Positions 8,595 to 15,896 of a stretch of 64,000 nt of DNA are shown piece after piece (the first letter of the stretch is position 1; every line of letters starts with the position of its first letter). Position numbers and translations under genes: made by a program. This DNA comes from an uncultured Desulfobacterales bacterium (lineage in GTDB: Bacteria > Desulfobacterota > Desulfobacteria > Desulfobacterales > JAFDDL01). Where the stretch lies: assembly GCA_964407825.1 (NCBI GenBank), contig CAYOXD010000002.1, positions 3,248 to 67,247 on the forward strand, written 5' to 3'. A model generated the notes under the pieces. That model was not told the DNA's origin, ran no database searches, and was given only the letters and a program-made list of their open reading frames with translations.

Positions 8595-9923
8595 ATGAGG
8601 GCATTGGCGGCCGCCATATTAAAGGAACTTCTTCTGCTCAGGCGGGATCGGACCGGCCTGCTGGTGCTGTTTTTGATGCCGGCGGTGCTGGTGGTGGTCA
8701 TCTCCCTGGTGCAGAACAACGTATTGAAGACCACCGGCGAGACCGGCATCCAGTTGCTCCTCATCGACAACGACGGCAAGGCATTGGGCCGCATCATCGA
8801 ATCGCGCATCCGGAAAACCGGTGCCATCGAAATCGTACGGACCGTCAACGGAAAGCCCATCGATGAGACATCCGCCAGGGCGCTTCTGTCAAAGGGGCGA
8901 TACGAGGTCTGCATGGTGATTCCCCGAGGCTTTACCGATGCGGTGACCCGCCGGGCGGGGGAACAGATAAGGGCGTCCCTGGCCATCGATACCGAAGCCG
9001 GGGCGGCAGCGCAGAAGCCGCCCCATGTGGTCCTTTACTTCGATCCCATGGTGCGTGGGGCTTTTCGATCCGCCATGGAAAATGCCTTGGAGCGGGTCCT
9101 TTTGACCATGGAACTTCGCATCAAGGCCCGGGTGATCACCCGCCTGCTCAAAGAAAAAATAGGCGCCCCCCCCCTGTCGTCCTTCGGTCCCGAGCCATCG
9201 ATGCCATCTGGAGACGGGGTCTCCGGCATATCCGATGCCTGGGGGAAACAGCGCCTCATGGATGTCCAAAGCCTGAACGCCGCACCGGGGCAGGCGCTCA
9301 AGCTTCCCACGGCGGTTCAGCAAAATGTGCCGGCATGGGCACTTTTCGGGATGTTCTTTATCGTGATGCCGCTGGGGGGCGCCATCATCCGGGAAAGGCG
9401 GGACGGCACCTATGGTCGTCTCCTGACCATGCCCGTTTCACCGGCCGTCCTGCTTCTGGGGAAGGTGCTGGCCTATGTCCTGGTGTGCCTGGCGCAATTT
9501 TTCCTCATCCTGCTGGTGGGAAGGTTTGTGCTGCCCCTGCTCGGCACATCGGTGCTCCACATGGGCTCGGCTCCCCTGGCGGTGCTGGCGGTGGTGGTTT
9601 GCGCGGCCCTGAGCGCCTGCGCCTATGCCATCCTGCTGGGCACGGTGTGCACCAGCTATGAGCAGGTGTCCATGTTCGGTCCCGTGTCCGTGGTCATCGC
9701 GGCCGCCCTCGGGGGGATCATGGTTCCCGTCTACGTCATGCCGAGGGTGATGCAGGAGATCAGTCGCTACTCCCCCCTCGCCTGGGGGCTAAATGCCCTC
9801 ACCGACCTTTTCGCCCGGGGGGCGGGGATAGGCCAAGTGTTGCCCGATATTTTCTATCTCCTTGGCTTTGCGTCCGCCGCCATGATCGCCTGCTGGATGA
9901 TCTCCCTTTTCTCAAAACGCTGA
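8595..9923 (+). CDS. ABC-2 family transporter permease
   Basis: It starts 2 nt after the ATPase stop. It has one N-terminal TM segment, a long extracytoplasmic loop and a C-terminal cluster of hydrophobic helices. Confidence 0.75.
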   Translation: MRALAAAILKELLLLRRDRTGLLVLFLMPAVLVVVISLVQNNVLKTTGETGIQLLLIDNDGKALGRIIESRIRKTGAIEIVRTVNGKPIDETSARALLSKGRYEVCMVIPRGFTDAVTRRAGEQIRASLAIDTEAGAAAQKPPHVVLYFDPMVRGAFRSAMENALERVLLTMELRIKARVITRLLKEKIGAPPLSSFGPEPSMPSGDGVSGISDAWGKQRLMDVQSLNAAPGQALKLPTAVQQNVPAWALFGMFFIVMPLGGAIIRERRDGTYGRLLTMPVSPAVLLLGKVLAYVLVCLAQFFLILLVGRFVLPLLGTSVLHMGSAPLAVLAVVVCAALSACAYAILLGTVCTSYEQVSMFGPVSVVIAAALGGIMVPVYVMPRVMQEISRYSPLAWGLNALTDLFARGAGIGQVLPDIFYLLGFASAAMIACWMISLFSKR

Positions 9924-9940
9924 AAACCGAGGGTGATACC

Positions 9941-10453
9941 GTGATCCGGATTCTGGTCAGCGCCTGTCTCATGGGACAATCGGTACGATACGACGGCCGG
10001 GAAAAACGCCTCTACCACCCCCTCATGGATCGCTGGCGAACAGACGGCCGGCTGGTTCCCTTCTGCCCTGAAACCGGCGGCGGCCTGACCGTGCCCCGGA
10101 CGCCCGCCGCCATCGTTGGCGGTGACGGGGAGGCGGTCTGGAAGGGAAGGGCGGCCGTCAGGACCCGTGACGGGATAGACGTCACGGACGCCTTCAAGCG
10201 GGGTGCGCTCGCCGCCCTCGCAGTGGCCCGCGAGCAGGGGGCGGCCCTGGCCATCTTCACGGAAAAGAGCCCCTCCTGCGGCAGCCACATCATTTCGGAC
10301 GGGCGATTTTCGCGCGGCGTCCGCCCCGGTCGGGGAGTCGCAGCGGCCCTCCTGGAGAAAAACGGCATCCGGGTCTTCAACCAGTATCAGCTCGAGCAGG
10401 CGGCACGACACCTGGATCTCATTATTTCGCAAAAAAATAATACGTTGATTTAA
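9941..10453 (+). CDS. DUF523 (TudS-like) family protein
   Basis: Contains ILVSACLMGQSVRYDG, CPETGGGLTVPRTPA and EKSPSCGS, the conserved Cys-containing DUF523 motifs. The start codon is GTG. Confidence 0.7.
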   Translation: MIRILVSACLMGQSVRYDGREKRLYHPLMDRWRTDGRLVPFCPETGGGLTVPRTPAAIVGGDGEAVWKGRAAVRTRDGIDVTDAFKRGALAALAVAREQGAALAIFTEKSPSCGSHIISDGRFSRGVRPGRGVAAALLEKNGIRVFNQYQLEQAARHLDLIISQKNNTLI

Positions 10454-10463
10454 AAAATAAAAA

Positions 10464-10511
10464 CGAACCGCCAAAGATGCCACATCGGGCCTTTGGGCGA
10501 GTTCGCTTTTT
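10464..10511. terminator. Bidirectional intrinsic terminator
   Basis: An imperfect 13-bp stem pairs CGAACCGCCAAAG with CTTTGG(G)CG(A)GTTCG. It is flanked by an A-rich run upstream and TTTTT downstream, and sits directly after the DUF523 stop. Confidence 0.55.
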
Positions 10512-10903
10512 CAATTGTGGTGGAGGGGACGCTGACTTACTGCAAACCAGTCTCCAACCTCGCACGCCTCGTAACTATCCGCTATTAAATAACGAAATTC
10601 CGTTCTACAAGATTTCCCGCCAACCGGACCAGAGAAGCCTAATTCTACCTTGATTTCCAGTTACCGGACGAGGGTGATGGGTTTGCAAAAAAACCGGATA
10701 CCTCTTGAAACAAAAAAAAACAATCAAGCCTCTCAGCTTGTTGGACGGCGGTTCGATTCCCAGAAGCGGAATTTAATTCCCGGCCCGCCACGAGGTAGCT
10801 CCGCTCAAAACCCGATACATATGCGTCTGACAGATAAACGGGTGTATAACTCTTATCGATCCTATCTGACTGATATTAAGGGACATATATCCGTTGCTTG
10901 CAC

Positions 10904-11989
10904 TTAATCCGACCAACTGTAAAAGACCTTGAGTCTATTTCCGTGGGAATTCGGCAGTAGATTATCGTGTTGCAAACGCCCTACAACAATGCCTGGCGCG
11001 ACTTTAATTTTGCCGGCGAAGGCCTCTATAGGTGCCAGGGATCGACCATCCCATGACGAAACAAACCGGCGATATTCAGCAGGCGGGATCAGCTTGTCCC
11101 GGGCGAAGACATTGGCTTCTTCCTCTTTTTTATCGTCCAGGCCATTGCCTTCAATAAAAATTTCCTTGCGCCCATGTTTGATAATATGGCCCGCTTCATG
11201 AAAGAATGTGAACCAGAGATGATCGTTGCTCTTGTAACGCAGACTCAGCTGAATGACGGCTCTGTCACCTATCCACCGCGTTGCACCATAAACTCCGGTT
11301 TTTGGTAGCTCAGGAATAAATACCACAGCTACGCCGGCGGAAGCGCAAAGTTCAATCAATCGCTGTTGAAAGACATGAGGTGATTCAACAGTAAGCTCAC
11401 GAATGATATCGAGAACTTGTTGAAAACGGCTAAGCTTAAATGGAGAACATGGTCTCTGCCTGGCTTCTATTTCGCCCTTGCGCAACCAGGCGGAAACCGA
11501 CTCGGCACATGATTCGAAACGTTGCGTCTGGCGATAGGCTACCTGATAATCCTTCCAAACGGCTGTCCATTGTTCTGGGGAAGCCACTCCGAAAAACTGC
11601 AGCACCTCTTTAAGCTGAGACACATTGTCATTTTTTTTTGGAATCCACCCTAGCTTGATTAGCTGGACTAAAGGTACGTTTTTTAACCAATCCAAATGAG
11701 ATTGCAGACGCTTTTCTTCAGCAAGTCGAGTGCGGTCCTCCTGAAACTGTCTTTCCAGATTGTTCCAAAAGTGGGCCGGTCGACCAAGCGAACGTTCCAG
11801 CTTCAGGGCGCTCTCCGGGGTAATTGGTGATTTCCCCTTTATAATTTCATTAACCGTTTTTTTGGTCAGTCCGGTCCTGGCAGCCAGTTCAGCCTGGGTC
11901 ATGCCGAAGCCTTCAAGATAATCCTGAAGCACTTCACCGGGTGTAACCAAATAATCCGGAACATATTGATTTGACATGGTATCAGCCAT
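10904..11989 (-). CDS. HigA-type HTH antitoxin fused to an ImmA/IrrE-like zinc metallopeptidase domain
   Basis: The N-terminus carries an XRE-type HTH (QAELAARTGLTKKTVNEIIKGKSPITPESALKLERSLG). The C-terminus carries the HExxH motif FFHEAGHIIKHG. It overlaps the upstream toxin gene by 8 nt. Confidence 0.75.
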   Translation of the reverse strand: MADTMSNQYVPDYLVTPGEVLQDYLEGFGMTQAELAARTGLTKKTVNEIIKGKSPITPESALKLERSLGRPAHFWNNLERQFQEDRTRLAEEKRLQSHLDWLKNVPLVQLIKLGWIPKKNDNVSQLKEVLQFFGVASPEQWTAVWKDYQVAYRQTQRFESCAESVSAWLRKGEIEARQRPCSPFKLSRFQQVLDIIRELTVESPHVFQQRLIELCASAGVAVVFIPELPKTGVYGATRWIGDRAVIQLSLRYKSNDHLWFTFFHEAGHIIKHGRKEIFIEGNGLDDKKEEEANVFARDKLIPPAEYRRFVSSWDGRSLAPIEAFAGKIKVAPGIVVGRLQHDNLLPNSHGNRLKVFYSWSD

Positions 11990-12329
11990 GTGTATCCTCC
12001 ACTCCCAGTATTTTAATCACGGTTACCTGGGACCAGTCCAGCCCTCTGTCAGCACGTTTTGGAATCGGGTCATGATCAGGAACGAAAATAAGACGGTAAG
12101 GATAGTCGAGATCAACTGATAATTGGCCAGATCTTTTCCCTTCAGTCAACTCGTGGCACCGCCCGGGTGGACTTTTAGGCGGCCAGAAATCCATCAAGCT
12201 CCGAGCAGCTCTCAGCTCTTGCATGCGTACCCTGATTTTCCTGGCGCGAATCTTACCGTGAATTTTATCGAGCTGGGCACCTTCGTTAAACGATTTCTCG
12301 AGCTTCTTGTTTTTAAACGATATGTCCAT
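11982..12329 (-). CDS. HigB-like (RelE/ParE superfamily, 'killer protein') toxin
   Basis: A 115-aa protein matching the HigB pattern: FKNKKLEKSF...L(x)AA(x)SLMDF...CHELTEGKRSGQLSVDL...YRLIF...EDTH. The toxin-first order with a HigA partner is typical of higBA. Confidence 0.6.
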   Translation of the reverse strand: MDISFKNKKLEKSFNEGAQLDKIHGKIRARKIRVRMQELRAARSLMDFWPPKSPPGRCHELTEGKRSGQLSVDLDYPYRLIFVPDHDPIPKRADRGLDWSQVTVIKILGVEDTHG

Positions 12330-12352
12330 ACGAAATTTAAGTCAAGTTTTTA

Positions 12353-12369
12353 TTAACCCAATGGGTTAA
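12353..12369. promoter_or_regulatory. Putative HigA operator
   Basis: A perfect 8+1+8 palindrome, TTAACCCA-A-TGGGTTAA, lies 24-40 nt upstream of the higB-like ATG at 12329. Confidence 0.45.
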
Positions 12370-12502
12370 TTTTTTTGGTTGGCAAAATATGTCCAATACC
12401 TAAAACGATGGTTCTCGTCAAAAAAGGGTAAAGGCTTTTCATCCGGAGAGTGTTTGCATTTATTATGCGGTATCAATGATTCTTTGCCAATGTTTTTTGA
12501 AT

Positions 12503-13282
12503 TCACATGACCCCAAGAATCCAGCCCTCGACCTGGGCGACGTGGTATTCGCCGGGAAGCATCTCCGGCTTGAGAAATTTGCCGAGACTGCCATCAATAT
12601 CCACCTGCCGCAGCCAGGCGGAGGCCACATAGGCGTCGTGCTGGTCAGGTGTGCGGCCCTCCCGTGGAGTGCTCTTGCTCCACAGCGACGGGTAGACCTC
12701 CACCAGTGCGGACTTGCCCGCAGGAATTTCCCAGCCGTCGAAGGGCCAGAAGTGAACCCGGTCCTCAAGCTGATTGCGTAGATACCTCAGCCAGGGCAGT
12801 CCGGCATGAGTCGATTTGGCCACCGAACCAGGTACATCGAAATGAAAGACCGATTTGGCCCCGGCCCGCTCTTCGGTGATCCGCCGCCAGCGGGTATTGC
12901 CTGAACGTGCTTCACCGTTGCCACAGGTGCCGTCACGAATAAAATCAACATAGGTATTGTCCTCATCCGTGGGCCAGTGGCGCTGGAAATCATCCAGAAA
13001 GGCCAGCCAGTCCGGTAGCAGGTGATGGACCTCGAAATACCGGAGCGGAAAGGAAAAGCTATGGTCGATTCCGACAATGGTCGGCACTGCTTCGACCAAA
13101 CGCTCTGCCAGCCATTGGGCAATACCGCGCCGGGTCCAGTACTTGCGAGGGCTGGGTGGCGGCGTCACTTCTATCGGCGGGGCTTTCCGGTCGGCCAGGT
13201 AAACGCGCAAGCCCTTAAGGCTGGTCGTCGGCGTTTGGGCGCCGGAATAATCTATGCCTATGTAGCGGTCAAATAATTGCAA
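12503..13282 (-). CDS. Conserved hypothetical protein (259 aa)
   Basis: A clean ORF that begins 4 nt downstream of the stop of the RhuM C-terminal fragment. It has paired motifs IGIDYSGA and VGIDHSFSF plus C-terminal DQHDAY. I do not recognise a family with an assigned function. Confidence 0.5.
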   Translation of the reverse strand: MQLFDRYIGIDYSGAQTPTTSLKGLRVYLADRKAPPIEVTPPPSPRKYWTRRGIAQWLAERLVEAVPTIVGIDHSFSFPLRYFEVHHLLPDWLAFLDDFQRHWPTDEDNTYVDFIRDGTCGNGEARSGNTRWRRITEERAGAKSVFHFDVPGSVAKSTHAGLPWLRYLRNQLEDRVHFWPFDGWEIPAGKSALVEVYPSLWSKSTPREGRTPDQHDAYVASAWLRQVDIDGSLGKFLKPEMLPGEYHVAQVEGWILGVM

Positions 13283-13285
13283 ATT

Positions 13286-14336
13286 TCAATCTGTTTCCTT
13301 GTCTTTGCCTTCCTCCAGTTGCTTTATCACCCGGTCGAAGTCACTCTCAAATAGGCGGTCCTGAACGATGCGGTATTTTTCAAATTCACTCTCGGCATGC
13401 GCCCTGGCCAGCTTGGCCGCAGCCTTACCGGAATCCTGCAGGATCTCACGGTCGTCGAATTCCAGAAACATATCCAGGCGCTTGGCCCAGTCTTCCATGG
13501 TCATCGGGATTTTCCGTTTGGCCCGTTCTTCAGCCAAATCCAGATAGGCGTTAACAATTCGTCCTAACGATTCCAGCTCGTCCTTGACCAGATAGTTTTT
13601 AGCCACCGATACATTCGGTTTTCACAATCTTGCCGCCCGGAGCCTTTTCCCATGTGGTCAGCCCCATATTGGTTTTAGTACTGTCGGCTCGCTTCATAAT
13701 CAGCTCGGCAGCGGTGTTGCCGTGGACGGCAAAATGCAGTTTGTTCTGGACCTTTGCAAAGAACGCTTTGGTTGTCGGAGCGTCCTTGTTGTAGTCGACG
13801 CTGGTGGCATAAATGTCGGTGATTTTCTGGTAAAAGCGGCGCTCGCTGAGCCGTATTTCCCGGATCTCTTCAAGTAGGCGCTCGAAATAGTCCTCACCAA
13901 GAAAGGACCCGTTTTCCATGCGCTTTTTATCCAGCACATAGCCCTTGATGGCGAACTCGCGCAAGACCTGGGTGGCCCACTGCCGGAACTGGGTGGCCCG
14001 CACCGAGTTGACCCGGTAACCTAAGGAGATGATTGCATCCAGATTGTAGTGGTTGGTGGCGTAGGACTTGCCATCGGAGGCAGTTATCCGGAATTTCCGG
14101 ATAACTGAATCCTCATCCAATTCGCCGCTGGTAAAGATGTTTTTAAGGTGCTCACTGACTGTGCGCACGTCCACCGCAAACAGCGCGGCCATCAACTTCT
14201 GAGACAGCCAGATGGTCTCACTCTCATACCGGGCCTCGATGCTCTGTTCACCCGCCTGCCCGGTAAAGATCAGAAACTCGGCTGTACTATTGCGTATCAG
14301 CTGTTTTCCTTTGTCCTTATCCTGTTTCATGATCAA
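13286..14336 (-). pseudogene. RhuM-family gene split by a frameshift (245-aa and 106-aa ORFs)
   Basis: The N-terminal ORF (FRITASDGKSYATNHYNLDAIISLGYRVNSVRATQFRQWAT) and the C-terminal ORF (AKNYLVKDELESLGRIVNAYLD...FESDFDR) are contiguous parts of one RhuM-type protein. The frames switch within GTGAAAACCGAAT (13613-13625, minus strand). Confidence 0.7.
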
Positions 14337-14648
14337 TCCTCAGGTATCAAATTCCGTGCGGGTTATGCTCGCAAAATACACATTGAGAATATCCCAAAAA
14401 ATTCGATCTTGTCAAAAACCGATAACTTACCAACATACATCCGGGCCGACTTTACAGATATGTAATAAATGGTTTCGCCGACGACCAGCGCACATTTTGT
14501 CCAGTTATTGCATCAATTCCTAAAACACAAAGCCTCATCAATCTGAACCTCTAAAAAGCAGGCCGACACTCTGGAAGCCTGCCTTTAAACCGGGGAGTGA
14601 AAATTAAGTTAATTCTATTTCTTTTTTGTGCGACGCACAAAAAATTCG

Positions 14649-14684
14649 AAAAAAAAGTCCGGTTTCAACACCGGGCGCGGACTT
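14649..14684 (-). terminator. Intrinsic-terminator-like hairpin followed by T8 (minus strand)
   Basis: The minus strand reads AAGTCCG-N16-CGGACTT followed by TTTTTTTT. An alternative inner stem is CCGGT/ACCGG. Confidence 0.4.
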
Positions 14685-14776
14685 AACACAACCATCAAAA
14701 AATCGGTTTCGCGTAACTCCCTGTTTGGCAAGGATATAGCTTTCCGGACGCGAATCGGACCAGGTCCGAACAAAAC

Positions 14777-14835
14777 GGAGAATCAGGGGCCAAACAGAGA
14801 ATAAAGGGGCCGAAAATGGGAAAAATCAGGTGACC
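14777..14835. repeat. Degenerate tandem repeats of about 18-22 bp (about 3 units)
   Basis: The units are GGAGAATCAGGGGCCAAAC, AGAGAATAAAGGGGCCGAAAAT and GGGAAAAATCAGGTGACC. A fourth partial unit, GGAGAATTG, follows. Confidence 0.4.
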
Positions 14836-14886
14836 GGAGAATTGTTTTGAAAGATGGTAAATACGCCAAAGGCCTTGAATATAATG

Positions 14887-14935
14887 GCAAAAAGAAAACC
14901 CGTCCCTCCGGAGAATGATCCCGGAGAAACGGGTT
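14887..14935 (-). terminator. ssrA intrinsic terminator
   Basis: On the minus strand the stem AACCCGT..CTCCGG / CCGGAG..ACGGGTT is followed by TTTTCTTTTT. It starts 13 nt after the tmRNA CCA end. Confidence 0.65.
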
Positions 14936-14948
14936 ATCAACTGTATAA

Positions 14949-15301
14949 TGGTGGAGGCGCCGGGAGTTGAACCCGGGTCCGGAAATATTCCGCGCAGGCT
15001 TCTACATACTTATCCCGGGTTTTGGATTTCGCTCATCGGGTCTCTCCCGGGCGGGATGCCCGATTCGCTAGCCTGCCGAAAGATCCCCGATTCCTTGGCA
15101 GGCCTTGGGAATCGGTTATCCCACTAGTCGACGCCCTTTGCCAGGTGCGCGGGAAAAACCTGGCAGGACGGTAGCCTTAAGCGGCTACAGCGTAAGCATA
15201 ATCGTCTGCGATTATATTTAATTCCAACCGATTTTACGAGCCGGCAGGAACTCGGTATGCAACCTGAACTTCTTTATCCCCGTCGAAGCCGTTTCGCCCC
15301 C
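14949..15301 (-). ncRNA. ssrA: tmRNA (transfer-messenger RNA)
   Basis: The 5' end GGGGGCGAAACGGCUUCGACGGGG pairs with the 3' end CGCCUCCACCA, including the G3:U wobble. The T-arm is CCGGGUUCAACUCCCGG. The internal tag ORF GCA GAC GAT TAT GCT TAC GCT GTA GCC GCT TAA (15177-15209) encodes ADDYAYAVAA. smpB is adjacent. Confidence 0.92.
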
Positions 15302-15400
15302 AAGACGGTGATACAATAGATGCGGTATGCTGAACGCATTAGATGTAAAAGAACGTATGGCGCGTATTTACAGTACATCAGGCAGGGGGGGATGTCAAGG

Positions 15401-15859
15401 CTACCAGTTCTTCTTTTCCCGGTCCTGCTCGCGTTTCTCGTCCCGGCGGCGGATGGTTTCGCGCTTGTCGTACAGGCGCTTTCCCTTGGCCACGGCAATG
15501 CTGAGTTTGACCCTGCCGCCCTTGAAATAGAGTCTAAGGGGAACGAGGGTCAGGCCCTTTTCATTGATTTTCCCATAGAGCTTTTTGATCTGCTCCTTGT
15601 GCAGGAGCAGCTTCCTGGGGCGCAACGGGTCATGGTTGTCGTAATGGGTGAAGGTGTAAGGGCTGATGTGCATCTGGTAGACATAGATTTCACCGCCCTT
15701 GACCCTCGCATAGGCGTCCTTGAGGTTGGCCCGACCCTGTCTGAGGGATTTGACCTCGCTGCCAAGCAGGACGAGGCCGGCCTCGAGCTCCTCCTCGATG
15801 AAATAATCGTGTCTCGCCTTCCTGTTCTCTGCAATCCGTTTGATAGACTCTTCTTTCAA
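15401..15859 (-). CDS. smpB: SsrA-binding protein SmpB
   Basis: The sequence [32 protein letters not shown] and the basic C-terminal tail are diagnostic. The gene is adjacent to ssrA. Confidence 0.9.
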   Translation of the reverse strand: MKEESIKRIAENRKARHDYFIEEELEAGLVLLGSEVKSLRQGRANLKDAYARVKGGEIYVYQMHISPYTFTHYDNHDPLRPRKLLLHKEQIKKLYGKINEKGLTLVPLRLYFKGGRVKLSIAVAKGKRLYDKRETIRRRDEKREQDREKKNW

Positions 15860-15896
15860 CTCGATAAATCCTTATGACGGCCCGCTGTCGTCAGCT

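Larger units (their letters stand above)
10518..14948. mobile_element. Degraded genomic islet inserted at the 3' end of ssrA (no integrase retained)
   Basis: TGGTGGAGGgGaCG at 10518-10531 repeats the tmRNA 3' terminus TGGTGGAGGcGcCG at 14949-14962 in the same orientation. The interval is visibly AT-richer than its flanks (not computed). Its cargo is accessory: a toxin-antitoxin pair, RhuM and an unknown protein. Confidence 0.5.

Noticed and set aside
10650-10907. An 85-aa plus-strand ORF in the islet's left arm, and the 81-aa ORF at 14695-14940.
   Set aside because: Both use non-ATG or weak starts and have low-complexity translations with no motifs. They lie in AT-rich non-coding-looking DNA that contains repeats and terminators.
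14337-14948. A search for an integrase or excisionase gene, or fragments of one, next to the ssrA junction.
   Set aside because: No ORF in any frame shows tyrosine-recombinase motifs (R...HxxR...Y). The only XerC-type gene, at 48707-49636, sits in conserved xerC-hslVU context and is unrelated to the islet.
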